59,039 nucleotides of DNA, filler included, from Jimgerdemannia flammicorona (GCA_003990765.1; 3 parts of 3 records of this genome joined end to end with filler, not necessarily neighbours in it), one strand, 5' to 3'. Counted from the first letter of the whole stretch, positions 1-12,632 are shown. The notes: a model not told the origin generated them from the sequence alone. Made by a program: numbers and translations.

Positions 1-16
1 TTTTTTGAAACTCCAG

Positions 17-338
17 CCTCGTATTTGGCATCTCCAGCTACGCCATCATCCCTGCAATTCTCCAATACGCCGGTGAACTCTACTACCCGCTCAGCGAGGT
101 CGTCTCCGCCGGTTGGCTCATTAACGCCGGCAACGTCGGCGGCATGGCCCTCGTTTTTGTTATGGGATGGGCCGAGGACACGACGCAAAAGTTCGCCATG
201 CGCAACGCCGTATTCGTCCTTGTCGTCGTTATGGTATTGGGAACTTGGCAGATGTGGCTCGTGGGGGGTGAGCTGAAGAGGGGCAAGATGGAGGTTGAGG
301 TCGTGGCTGAGGTTGAAGGAGGGGGGGTGGCTGCGTAG
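17..338 (+). CDS. Last exon of an MFS transporter (FLVCR/SLC49-like C-terminus); gene starts upstream of the window
   Basis: After acceptor ctccag the frame reads LVFGISSYAIIPAILQYAGELYYPLSEVVSAGWLINAGNVGGMALVFVMGW...AVFVLVVVMVLG...*. E-L-x-Y-P-x-S-E motif plus hydrophobic helices. Confidence 0.7.
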
Positions 339-874
339 TGGTGTATAGATATTTGTACGAATGTTGATAAGGTGAAGGGACTTTTTTCTTCTCTTTTTTG
401 TGTCTTTTATCTCCTTTCACATTTCTACATTATAATAATTATGGATGCAGTGAACCAGACTTTCTGTGTACATATGTGCAGGATAATTATCTATTGTATA
501 CTTTCTATAGTCCCGTTTTCACTCGGTTATTTCGCTTCGCAGTCTTACCTTCGACATCAAGCCTGCAAAAGGTATTCCACCTGTATTTAGCTTTCGCAAA
601 CAAAATATACCCATATATCAACCATTCAATGCAAACCTTCTACCCACCGTCGACAGAAAGTTTAAGGCACACATTACACGGCCTATCCTATAAATAAACA
701 ATCTCTAGTATCCCGCCGCACACCGCACACCGCTCCACACCCTTCCTAGTAGCAATGCATTATATTGATGCGGGTCACCAAATCCACAAACCCATCCACT
801 TCACTCCTACCACCTTCCCCTTGGCGCCTGCCCGAAGATGCCCGTCCACCCGTGTCTTTTATGATACTCTAGAC

Positions 875-3800
875 TCAGCGATGCTGCGCCTCGTTAAACA
901 CGAACACGGCGATCACGGTGATCATCCCTGAATCATTGTTGGCGGGATAAACAACAACACGGAGGTCAGTGCATCTTCATACGGTTAACGACGTCAAATA
1001 ACAGGAATATGCTCATGTTCATCATATTCGCGCATCACTGAACAAAAAATAAAGAAAAAGAGTAAAACTCGAGACGCACCTATAAACATCTCCCATTTGC
1101 GCAGCACGAACCCCAGCAGACCTGGAGCGTATTCAGGCTCCCTCGACTCGAGGTGGTACGACGTCAGGCGACCGTCACTGCGTACGACGACTGGGGATCG
1201 TTTGAGATTGGGTAGAATAGAGAGCGAAGAAGGAATAAGTGAAAGGGCGAGCGGATACGAAACGGAGAGGTATCGAGCTGCGACTATGGAACGTACGCAA
1301 GTAATTCGACGGGTACTCGTCATACGGCTGTGTCGCGTTCCATAGTTTCATGGACAGGATGCCCTAGACAGAAGGTTACAGAGATTGAATTTCGAGAATT
1401 GCGAAAGCATCGGTAACTTTGCATCACAAAACCGATCAACAGCCTGCACTACATAAATCCACAAACCCACCCATCCCTTCCCACAAAATACACCACCACT
1501 TACCGCAACGCCTCCACCCCACTCCCCCTTGACCACCATCCTCAGCTTCCACTGCAGCGCTCTAGCGGCCTCGATTGCCCTGGCAGGCGTATCAATGGGC
1601 TCGCCTTCCCAGCCTCCATTCTCCGATGGCGCGTCGCGCGACTCCTCAATGTTCAGTCGTTCATCTAGCAGCTCCCAGATGGTGGGCGGGCGACGCGGAC
1701 CTACCAGGGCGTCAGCCGCGCCGCGCTTGTAGATCACTATATCATTATACTGTGTGACGGAAGTGTAAGATATGGCACCAAAGAAAAAGAAAAAGGGGGG
1801 GGGGGGGGGGGGTGCAGGAGGGAGCGGCTCTTGACATAACCTCCAGGCAAACCCACTCACCTGCGTCCTCAACGCAACGATGTTTCCCTCAGCATTCAGC
1901 TCCACTCCTGAGATCTCAACGTCCGCGTTCCCCTCGAGCGCCGGTAGCTGCTCGTCCTCTGACCACAGGTACAATTCCGGTAGGACGGCGCCTGCGTCGT
2001 CCTGATATAGCTGTGAGCGGGTTGTGGCGGCGGTGTCGATGAGGGCGATATCGGTGGTGTAGTCGAGGGTCAGAAAAATGTAGTTAATCGGGATGACCAC
2101 CGTCGTCGCGGAGAGGGAAGAAGCTGGTGAGGGGAGAGATGGGGGGTGAGTTGGTATCAATATAAATTTTTTAAAGATTCGGTAGAGGAATGGAAGTGGT
2201 ATATACATACCAATGTTCAACTTGGGCACGGACATGCGCACGCGCTCGCGAAGGTAAGGCGACGGGTAGTCCATGAAGCCCACGTACTCGCTCGGCTCGT
2301 AGTCTTGCATGTACTGCATTGGTTGAGTCGAGGTAACGCAAAGAGGGGTTAACACATCATACGGGGTTGTGCTGCAGAGTTCTGGGCACACCGTGTGCGG
2401 TAATTGAAAAGTTACACCTGCACCCCCGCTTTGAGGAGATCAGCTCGCCAACAAGACCATGCACAAACCCACAAATCTCGACAAGAATGTATTGCCATGC
2501 CCACCCCCCCCACCCCCCCCCCCCCAAACCTCCTCCCATCACCATCCTCCCACTCTACTCCAATCTCCACCAATACCCACATATTTCGTAATCCGGTCCC
2601 TCCGCTTCCACGAGCCTTTCCCAGCGCCAGCGCCCTCGGCCTCACGAGTACTGCCGCCGCTGGTATCGGCAGGGGCCGGGGTGGTTGCGTTGTCGACGAT
2701 GGAGATATTGAAAAAGAGTTTCTCGGAAGTCTGAAAAATCTCGGCAGAGACGACGCGGAGGGTATTTGGGCTGCGATGAGAATCGAAAGGGGCGAATGGT
2801 TAGAGAGAATGGGGTATGATTAGATCGTGAATTAGGGCCGGGAAAATGGACAAACCGTGATGAATAGAGCTTGGAGAATTTAGCTTGGTGGAAATGGGTG
2901 TCCCTGGGAGTGTGGTGTGCTGAAAAGAAAAAAAAGTTGAGCGACATGGCGACAAGGCCTGACACAGGCACCACGTCACCCATCACTCATCCTTACCAAA
3001 TACAACTCCCCACACCCCCTCCTTGCAAACTAAACCAACTCCAAAACCATAAACCCAATCCCCAACTTACTCTGTAGCTCCTCACCCTTTTCGCCCATCC
3101 CCATTTTGAACGCATCGGCGTATTCGTACCGTGGCTCGAACAAGCGCGGGTTAAATGTCAGCGCGCGGAACCGCACGTCGTCCGGGTCGCGCGAATAGAT
3201 CACAGAACCGTTGTACCAGACGATCGAGTCAATCCACGTGGTTCCCGGCAGGATAAAGTCGCGGTAGCGGAAGAGAGGGGTCGCATCTAGAATTATGTTC
3301 GGCGACCGTGTGAGACCAAGAGGAATCGATGAAAACAAGACGCACGTGGGACGGAACACTCACCCTCGCGAAGTCCCCTCGCCACTTCCTCCCCAACGAA
3401 ATACACGCGCGCCATGTGCGTTACCTCCTCCCCGTACACAACATGGTACATGAGCGTCAAGTACGCGTCGCTCAGCTGGTCCGTGGGTTCACCGCTTGGG
3501 CTCGAGGTCACGTGAGAGATGGGACCGTCGAGCGTGTGCTCGAATTGCTCTTCCCATGCTATGAGGGCGGGAGACGTGCTGTGTGAGGAGGGGGAGGAGG
3601 AAAGGGAACAGGAGAAACATGTATGACAGTGGGTAGAGGCATACCATTGTTGTCGTATGCATCGCAGTCGAGGGTAACAAATGGGGTGAAGGGGCGGCGG
3701 AACTGGCGGATTAAGCCTATGCGGTGACCCAGAAGGAAAGGAAGTGTGAAAACCTTGTTGTCTCCCTCAAACCAGATACTCATACACACTCCCGCAAACC

Positions 3801-4074
3801 TCCGCCCAAACTCACCTACTGCTCCGACTTTAATCTGCGTCCGGCCATGCTTCGCCCCGCCGACCTCGAACCAAGTTGCCGTCAGGTACAGGTATTCCCC
3901 AACAACGGACACGAAAACCTCGTTAGGCTTCTGGGTGCCGCGCGGGAACAGCAGGTGAGACTCGAGAGTCTCACACGCTATACGGGGCTGTGGGTAGGGA
4001 TTGTCTTGGAAGAGGCTGATGGCGTAGATGAAGGAGAGGCCGACGAGGAAGACGATGAGGACACGCCATTGCAT
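875..4074 (-). CDS. Multi-exon hypothetical membrane protein (N-terminal signal/anchor, C-terminal TM helix)
   Basis: Starts MQWRVLIVFLVGLSFIYAISLF at 4074. Exonic blocks lie in ORFs 3559-4134, 3293-3511, 3030-3359, 1348-2391 and 994-1323 with GT..AG borders. The last splice (ATA G|gtgcgt...cag|GG ATG) gives LLGFVLRKWEMFIGMITVIAVFVFNEAQHR* with stop at 875-877. Internal exon boundaries are only partly resolved. Confidence 0.65.
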
Positions 4075-4788
4075 GGTGGGATAAGGTTGAAGGGTTGTAT
4101 AAGCCACGGGAAGCGAGAGGACGTCACGTTGCACGACTTGGATTTATAGACAAATTCATGTTTAATTACTATTAGTGGAAGCATGTTTGTTCCGAGTCAA
4201 TGGACTAACCTCCACCTGCGCCGCCCGACAGACCGGGATCTGCACGCGAGCCTGCCCTTCGGATTGACTGTGGGACAGACAGGCTGCGCTACAATTTTGG
4301 AAGCCTCCGTGTGTCCCACGACTCTCTCTCTAAAGAGAAGGCGATGAGGGCTAGAACCAGGATGAGGAACTGCTGGTGGTAGGGGATGGAATTCCGGTAG
4401 TCTAGGGGCATTTTTGTAACACGATTCCTGAAAGCCGCTTCTCTTTATTAATATAAATATTAAGATGGAAATAATTCATATAAATAGGATATAAGTTCAT
4501 TAATTAATATAAATTGTAATCTACAAGACGTTTCAATAGATAATATTAATATCAACAGTGTAGAAATAAACAGTGATAAACAATAGTAGACAGTGGGTTG
4601 TAGCTGATTTATATAATAGTAATGTGCTTAAGTTTCTCTGTATAGCTGTCCTTGAGCTCTAGGATATGATTTTGGCAATGTGACCATCGTCTGAGACAGT
4701 GGAAATCGCAAGAAATATATACTTAGTCGAACAGCGCAGACATATTTATTAAACACATTCCTAACAGCGCGCACAACAACCACAAGCC

Positions 4789-5658
4789 CTATTCAAACAC
4801 GCTAAACGCATCCTCCTCCTCTCCGCCTTCCTTTCCTTCTCCCACCGCCACCGCCTTCGATAATTCCAATACCTCGCGATTCCTAATAAACGGCGGAAAC
4901 CTCCTCCTCTTACATCCCTCACACGCATCCACGCACTTCCAGCATCTCCCCTCGACCCTTCCACACCCACCACATTCCACCTTCTCCACGCCCACAATCT
5001 GCCTGCACCCTACATGCCCGCATTCTCGCACGTCGAGCTGCACCCGCTCGCGTGCCAGTTTCTCCAGTACGGCCACGAGCGGACGAAGCCGATCACGATC
5101 CATGTAGTCGTGCCGGACGTGCAGTGTGCGCAACGAGAGCGAGCCGGCGGGGATCGTGCCAGAGGAGAGCATTTCGTTCAAGATCCAGGCGTCGGATTCC
5201 AGGTTCGTTGTGCGCCGGCGGGAGGTCGCTGAGAGGTAATACAAATTCGGGAATTTAACCAGCAAGACGATCAGGTTGGGGGACCATGGGTCGTCCATGC
5301 CGTCCATGATGACCTGAAAGGTTGCGGAATGGATATAATGCAGTATGAGTGAGCTTACTTCTGGATAGACCTCACACGACGCGAAAATACATACCCGCTC
5401 CACGACCTTCTTCAACCCATTCCCGTCCCTGAATCTCCTTAACGTCGAGTACACGTCCACCATCTCCATCTTCACGTGGGAGTCGAACACGACGGTCCTC
5501 CATATGGGGGGCAATGACAACAGCAGGCGGCGGTGGAACCGCGACGTGTCCAGAAAGCTGAACAGGGAGAGGATGTCTAGGTGCAAGAAAATTTCAATTA
5601 CAAGCTCACGCGGGATGGTCGCGAAGGGTGAGAATGGTAGTGGCGTAGGTTCAGTCAT
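4789..5658 (-). CDS. F-box protein with Cys-rich C-terminus; one in-frame 81-nt intron (5314-5394)
   Basis: F-box motif FATIPRELVIEIFLHLDILSLFSFLDTSRFHRRLL...IWR. Intron gtatgt...ctttcag. C-terminus ECGHVGC...CGGC...CWKC...CEGC. Confidence 0.85.
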   Translation of the reverse strand: MTEPTPLPFSPFATIPRELVIEIFLHLDILSLFSFLDTSRFHRRLLLSLPPIWRTVVFDSHVKMEMVDVYSTLRRFRDGNGLKKVVERVCIFASCEVYPEVSSLILHYIHSATFQVIMDGMDDPWSPNLIVLLVKFPNLYYLSATSRRRTTNLESDAWILNEMLSSGTIPAGSLSLRTLHVRHDYMDRDRLRPLVAVLEKLARERVQLDVRECGHVGCRQIVGVEKVECGGCGRVEGRCWKCVDACEGCKRRRFPPFIRNREVLELSKAVAVGEGKEGGEEEDAFSVFE

Positions 5659-5962
5659 TTTTGGGGAGTAATGTTGGTGGTGTGTAGTTGTGGAGGTTTT
5701 ATGTAGATGTGGTGCTGACAAATTTGTAAACAAGGTTTGGCAGTCACGGAATGACCTCCTGTCGTGTTAGGCCAATGTTGGCTAATAGTATTTTATTAAA
5801 CTTTTATGCGACCTTCTATTACATGCCAGCATGCCAGCCTCCTATGTCATCTCTCTTATGCCACAGCCTCTTATGCTGTCTCTCTTACATCTCTTATACT
5901 AGTCTTTATACTATCTCTTTTATACTACTGGTCTTTCTTATACTATAGCCTCTTAGCAGTAC

Positions 5963-6426
5963 TGTAATAATTTCACAGTCATATTTAGTCTTAGTATATT
6001 TTCACATCTTTTAGTTAGTCTTTTTTTGTCATTTCTTGAATATTCTACTATATTCTGCCACCTTTTACTTGCTTAGAAACCTTCTCTCAATACCCAGACA
6101 CTACTAGAATATTTTTATCTTTTTTTAGTATTAAGTATCTTATCTTAGCTAGTTATAGAATCTTTTGGAATATTGTAGAATTATATTAGTAAGCTTTGCT
6201 GAGAACCTATTTCTTGGTATTTTTCTTTCTTTTCAAGATCCTTTCAGATCTTTCTTTTAGATTATATATAAATATTCTTATTCTTTATCTGAATAAAACT
6301 CAGAATATTTTCTCTTAGAAATCTCTCAAGAATACTTGAATCTTTAAGTATCTCTTTGAGCTACTTTAGATCAACTAGAACTTTTAGATTTAGCTGCTTT
6401 ATCTTAAAGAAATTAAAACTATTATA
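5963..6426 (+). repeat. 5' LTR of the chromovirus (~465 bp)
   Basis: Starts tgtaataattt and ends ...actattata (CA>TA). Aligns along its length with 10315-10780. Confidence 0.8.
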
Positions 6427-6462
6427 CTTGGTAGTAGCAGTATTATTACATCTTGTCTTATT

Positions 6463-7632
6463 CACTCCTTTCTCCACTATCTTACTGGTCATAAGGTTTG
6501 GTAGATAACCTTCCAAGTCCCCTTTCCTCTATTATTACCCCCTCTACCTCGGGTTGGTTTGCTGTGCCTGCAGGGGCATGGTGGGAGGAGGGCAATGGTG
6601 ATGAGTTGCCTCTTTATCAGTGTCAGATTGGTGCTTCCTCCACTTTTTTGCAGATTCTGGTACCTTCGGCTGTGTCTGGGGTATACCCATTTTGGTGTGA
6701 TGCCTTCTTCCTTTTGCTGTCACCAACAAGGAGTTGTCTTGGTGTGTCTTGGGCTATATAGGGAGTCAGCTGACCTTGGGTGTCAAGTGCTCGGTATAGG
6801 TTACCTACAGGTCCTCGGTGTCTATGGTGGGGCCCTCTGGCTTTGGTGAGCTTCCTGGTGAGCACAGTTCTGACATAGGTGACTGTTTTTCAGGTGTTGT
6901 CGGGATGGGAGAGGAGATGGCCATCACAGATAGGAGGAAGGGTGATAACGGTGAACCAGTAGGGTGCCAGGCTGGGGGCAGTCATTGGGGCTGGGGCAGG
7001 TGCTGCTTTGGTGGGGCCTTTTAATTGGTGCAATGTAGTTAGGTGGTAGATGTCACTCTTGGCTTCTTTTTACGGTCAGCAGGGTTGGGCCCCAGTCATC
7101 AGGGGGGGTCAGGGGGCCCAAGGCTACCCATTTTAGATGTCTTGGCTGTACTTAACTGGAACCGGGAGCTGACATAGCAATGTGATCGAGGCCCGCAAGC
7201 TTGAGTAGTAGGGTATTGGGGGTTTCCTCCTATCTCACGTGTAAGTTCTTTACTCACCTCAACTAAGAGAACCAGGCCCTATCCACTGTATTGTACTTTG
7301 ATAAGAGTTTTTTCTTTATCTGTCATTCTCTTTGGAGTGATAGGGGCTATTCTATTCAACTCAGGCATGGCCTTATATGTATATACATTGGGTTCTCAGG
7401 CATGCACTTTCAGTTGTTGGCATATAGTTGGGTTTCCCCTGGTGGTAGAGAGAGCATGGTGTGCAGAATGAGGTGTAGGCCTACATTGGCCCTGCTGCAC
7501 CTGGCATGGTTGAGCTGCTGGACAATAACTAGCCTAGATTAATGAGAGGACAGTACTTAGTGGGTAGTGGGGGAGGGTTTTGGCCTATATAGTCTAGGTT
7601 CCCTTCTAATAAAAATCTGTGAGACATGAGTC

Positions 7633-7708
<76 letters not shown>
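6463..7708 (+). mobile_element. 1.2-kb non-autonomous poly(A) retroposon, copy 1 (inserted in the chromovirus leader)
   Basis: Poly(A) 7637-7708. 16-bp TSD tacatcttgtcttatt (6447-6462) / tacatcttatcttatt (7709-7724). Homologous to 35766-36950. Confidence 0.9.
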
Positions 7709-7713
<5 letters not shown>

Positions 7714-10314
7714 CTTATCTTATTAAGAAACCTTATACAAATTTGGAAACCAGTCACAACTAGTCATATGAATCTGAAATGAGCTATAAAGAGTCAGCTT
7801 ATTAGCCAGATCTCTCTGCTATAGGAGAAGCAGGAGAACTACAAGTCAGTATAGAAAATATAATCACCTTTATAGTCCACTAAATCTAAGTACTTCAAGT
7901 ATAACTAGAATAGCAGAAAACAAGAACTGCAAGTATATTATACTCTATTATCATATTAGTCAGTTTCAAGTTACTCAAGTTAGATACCTTTGATAGTCAC
8001 TGAGGAAACTATCTATAGATGCATGGACCTTCCAATTAGACTAATACTTTGAGCTCACAAGAATGAAAAAAGATATGTAAGTCTAATTTGTCACCACACT
8101 TCTTTGAAGAAATACAGCTATTTGATAATATAATTATATTATGATTATATCTATGCACTCATATATATAAATCAAAGATTAGAAAGCTTTCAAGAGAGCT
8201 CTTTACAGGTAGTTCAAGCCACTAAGCTAGCTAGAGATAAGTTAGTGAACATTAAGCAACTTAAGTCTGTACAAAGCTACAATATATAATTTCTGTTAAT
8301 CTTACTCAAACTATCAACAATAACAGAGAATGAAAAGATAGACCACTATATCTAAGGTCTGAAGGGAAATATATAAGTTAAGATTAAGTTAAAAGAGTCA
8401 TAAAGTCTTAATGAAGCTATGAGAATTGCTGATAGGTTTGATATTATTATCTTTGGTAATCACTTTGAACCAGAATACTGCAAGAAGAACCATTTCGAGA
8501 ACTGCCACAGAAACCAACTAAGGATAGATAGCCTAGCACTAATGGATTTAGACACTATGAACAAAAAGAACACCAAGCTTACTCTTGAAAAAAAGAATCA
8601 CTTAAAGAAATCTGGAGCCTATTTCTTCTATTGTCAAATAGAATATATTGTAACCAAATATCCTAAGAAGACTAGTGAATCTTCAAGACCAGTTACTGTA
8701 TTGTTCAAAGATATACCTATCAATCCTACTATCATCAATCTAAGCTCAAGATTAAGAAGCTTTACCCAAAGGCCCAGGTCCCTCAATATTAAACAAAAGG
8801 AGTCATTGGTCTTGATCTATACTCTATCAAATAAGTCACTATTCCAGCCAAGAGCCAAACTCTAGTACCTACTAGAATTGCAGTCCAATATCCTGAAGGA
8901 CATTATATCAGAATTGTACTATAATTAGAACTCAGTGTCAAATATTATTTAGATATAGGTACTGGTGTTATTGATCTAGACTTTCAAAGATAAGTTCAAG
9001 TTCTACTTATCAACTAGAAGAATCAAGACTACATAGTCAAGAAAGGAGACTGAGTTGTGTAAATAATCTTAGAAAAAGTCAGTCAACTCAAGATTATAGA
9101 AGTCCAAGAACTCTCTGAAACCAAATAAGACTAAAAAGATTTTAGTAACACTGATCAAGCAATAGGTTTTACTGAAAATTGAGCTCAAGCTATACTTATT
9201 TTCAAAGATCTAGTCAAAGAAAAAGAAGTTCAAGTACTTATAGACAACAGAGCTACAGAGAACTTTATCAATCAGAACCTCATCAAAAGCCTTAAGATCC
9301 TCACCAAATCTATACCCAAGAATAATAATATAGTTACTGCAGATAGTACACTATACTCTATTGAGTCAATTACCACCAAACTATCTATTAAGATCTAGAA
9401 ATATTGGGAATGAGTAGACTTCAAGATTGTACTATTAGGAGATTATGACCTGATCCTAGAAAAACTCTGGCTTATAAAATACAACTCAGATATCAATTGG
9501 TATAAGAATGAAGTTATTTTATTTCAAGATAGAGTCAACATTATTATCAAGACAGACAAGATTATGAGTAAGATCCAGATTGTAATAATGTTAGCTATAC
9601 AGTACAAGAGAGTACTTAAGAAGGTAATATATACCTTTATTATAATAGTCTATCTCAAGAAACAAGACAAGAGACTATTAGTTAATAAAAGTATCAAGTT
9701 ACTGCTAAAAGAATTCAAGAATATCTTTCCAGACAAGCTATCTGGCCTACTGTCTATATGAGAAGTTGATCATAAAATCAAACTAACTCCAAGAGCTATA
9801 CCATCTAAGAAATATATGTATTATATATTATTACTCAAAATTGAAGTAGTCAAGAAAGAACTAGAAGAACTACTTATATGAAGAGCCATTTAGCCTGATT
9901 AAGTAGATAAGTTATCCTGAATATAATACTATCTAGGAACTACTGATTAATCTCAAAAACTCCCAAGACCTGGTTCAAGACTTTAAGACAAAATATATTA
10001 TCTAATCCCTATAGTGACTTTTTTAGATTATCAATAATCTATAGCAATAATCAGTATCTTATACATCAGAAGTTTACTTTAGAACCCCAGAATTAGTAGA
10101 ATATCTAGTAAATAAGAAGTATACCAAAATGAAGCTACTAGCTAGATTCAAACCTCTTCTAAATAGTTAGTCTAGTAATAGGCCCTTTATCCTATATAAG
10201 AATAGCTAGTTCTATTAATACATCAATATAAGTTTGAGAAATTTTAATTAAGTATATTTAGTCTGATATAATCTAAGAACTTAACAAGAATATTAATTCT
10301 TAAGAAGAGAGAGA

Positions 10315-10780
10315 TGTAATAATTTTATAGTTATATCTTAGTCTTAGTACTTTTTTACATCTTTTTTCTAGTTTTTTCTTATCTTTTCTTAAATATTCTA
10401 CTATGTTCCAGTATCTTTTAAATACCTAGAAATCTTCTCTTAATACCAAAATATTATTAGAACATTCTTGTCTTTTTTTAGTACTAAGTACCTTGTCTTA
10501 GCTAATTATAAAACCTTTTAGAATATTGTAGAATTCTATTAGTTATCTTTGCTAGTAATCTATTTCTTGGCTTTTCTCTTCTTTTTTAAGATTCTTTTAG
10601 ATCTTTCTTTCAGATCTTATATAAATATTCTTATTCTCTACTTGAATAAAGCTCAGAATATTTTCTTCAAAAAATTTCTTTAAGAATACTTAAACCTATA
10701 AGTATCTCTTTAAGCTACTTTAGATCTGCTAGAATTACCAGACTTAGCTACTTCCTCTTAAAGAAACTAGAACCATTATA
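10315..10780 (+). repeat. 3' LTR of the chromovirus
   Basis: Starts tgtaataattt right after the PPT and ends aaccattata. Confidence 0.8.
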
Positions 10781-11021
10781 GTTATTGAGATATTCTAAGA
10801 TAAAGATTGCTATACTACTCTTAAATACTTCTATATTTTGCAATATCAGCAAATAAATAATAGTATATAAGTTTTTATAAATGAGGTTTCATATAATATA
10901 CTTAATGAGATAATAAAAAAAACAATTCAAGTATATAATCTTATTTAGTAGAGAAATTAGAAGATATAGGTGATAGGATGGTCATCATATTATTAGCTTT
11001 GATTTTACTATCACAAGAAGC

Positions 11022-11582
11022 TAGTACTCTAAATGAACTGATCTGGATCAATTCAAATCAACCATTATTTTGATTTCTAAATTAGACAATTAAATGTTTA
11101 CATCAATAACTTGATGAACAATTATCTAATTTTAATAATATTGATATCATTTGAAAGCTCTTAATAAGACTTTTCTAATGATATCAAAAACATTGAAATT
11201 TGATTATATATTACTGAGTTATTAAGGAAAATATCTGACTAACTAATTTTAGAAATTATTTAACATGCTGATTTTGAAAATTTTTTCAAAAAAAAACATT
11301 TTTCTTAATAGTTTGGCAATACATAATTTGATTTTAATGTTCTTAGTATTATTAGAAAGACCTTATTAAGGGCTTTCAAATAATACTAAGATCATTAAAA
11401 TTAGATAATTATTCATTGAGTTATTGATGTAAATATTTAATTATCTAATTTGAAAATCAAAACAATGGTTAATTTGAATTGATCTAGATCAACTCATTTT
11501 CTATCTAAGTTGATCTGGATGAGATTCAATCTGAATTCAATCTGAATCCAATCTAGATTAAATTGACTCATTCAGAGCACTA
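11022..11582. mobile_element. hAT-like MITE with long internal inverted repeat
   Basis: TIR tagtactctaaatgaa / ctcattcagagcacta. Degenerate 8-bp TSD caagaagc (11014-11021) / taaggagc (11583-11590). Arms ~11030-11232 and ~11299-11500 are reverse complements. Confidence 0.7.
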
Positions 11583-11617
11583 TAAGGAGCTATATCAAAT
11601 AATTATAATATATTGAG

Positions 11618-12600
11618 GTTTCTTTCTCTGCTACCTTACTAGTTACAAGATTTGGTAAGTAACCTTCTAAGTTCTCTTTCCTCTATTGTTACCCTCTCTA
11701 CTTTAGATTAATTTGCTATATCTGTAAGGATATAGTGGAAGGGAGGCAATGGTATTGAGTTGCCTCTTTATCAGTATTGAATTAGTATCTTCTATATTTT
11801 TTCATAGTTTCTGATATCTTTAGCTATATCTAGAGTATACTTATTTTAGTATAGTACCTTTATCCTTTTGCTATTATCAATAAGATATCATCTGATATAT
11901 TACAGACTATATATAGAGTCAGCCAACCTTAGATATCAAGTACTAGTGTAGATTACCTATAGGTTCTCAGTATTTATGGTGAGGCTCTCTGAGCTTTGAT
12001 GAGCTTCCCAGCAAGTATAGTTCTGGTATAGGTGACTGCTTTTCAGATGAAGTTGGGATGGAAGAGGAGATGGCCATCACAGATAGGTAGAAGAGTAATA
12101 ACAGTAGACCAGTAGAGTGCTAAGCTAGGGGTAGTCATCAGAGTTAGAACAGGTGTTATCTTGGTAAGACCTTTTGATTGGCTAGCAGAGAGTGAGGTAA
12201 TATAGAGACCATTATCCTAACTATATCCAACTAGAACCAGGAGCTGATACAGTAACACAATTGAGGCATATAGGTTTGGAGAGTGGGATCTTCCTTATTT
12301 AACAGTACCTGACTAAAACTAGGAGCTGACATAGTAATATAATTGAGGCCTGTAGACTCAGAGAGTAAGAGTGAGACTTTTTGAAATCTTAGCTCATATA
12401 TTAGTCTTTTTGAGAGAGTCCTATATATAAGTCTTTTACTTATCTCTCTGAATTTATTCTGTCTTCTGTTAGCTAGTTGAGAGGTTTTTCTTTACCTTGA
12501 GCCTTTGTTTGGAGTTTGGGAGACTATTTCTTATTCAGTTCTAGTGTTGCTAGATCTGATATATAGATGTGCTCTTATGTATAGTTATATAATAATCTAG
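11618..12600 (+). mobile_element. 1.2-kb retroposon family, copy 2 (older, divergent 3' part, interrupted by the Ty3 element)
   Basis: Aligns with 6463-7030 (e.g. gaggagatggccatcacagatagg) and carries many C>T/G>A changes. Confidence 0.75.
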
Positions 12601-12632
12601 CTCTAGTGAATAGACAAGTCTAGTCTATATAG

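Larger units (their letters stand above)
5963..10780 (+). mobile_element. Degenerate, internally deleted Ty3/gypsy chromovirus-type LTR retrotransposon
   Basis: Direct repeats 5963-6426 and 10315-10780. PBS-like tggtag after the 5' LTR and polypurine tract aagaagagagaga before the 3' LTR. Gag remnant ~7760-8700 (SLNEAMRIADRFD, decayed knuckle GAYFFYCQIEYIVTKYP). Protease remnant VQVLIDNRATENFI ~9230. RT start ~9700-9890 joins directly to a chromodomain remnant (ISYPEYNTI*ELLINLKNSQDLVQDF ~9900-9990). Confidence 0.85.

Noticed and set aside
4415..4698. Possible solo LTR (tgtaac...gagaca, AT-rich)
   Set aside because: No matching TSD and no second copy in the window.
6498..7024. ORFs recurring at 35797-36323 as genes
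   Set aside because: They recur only because the retroposon is repeated. Non-ATG starts and no recognisable protein motif.
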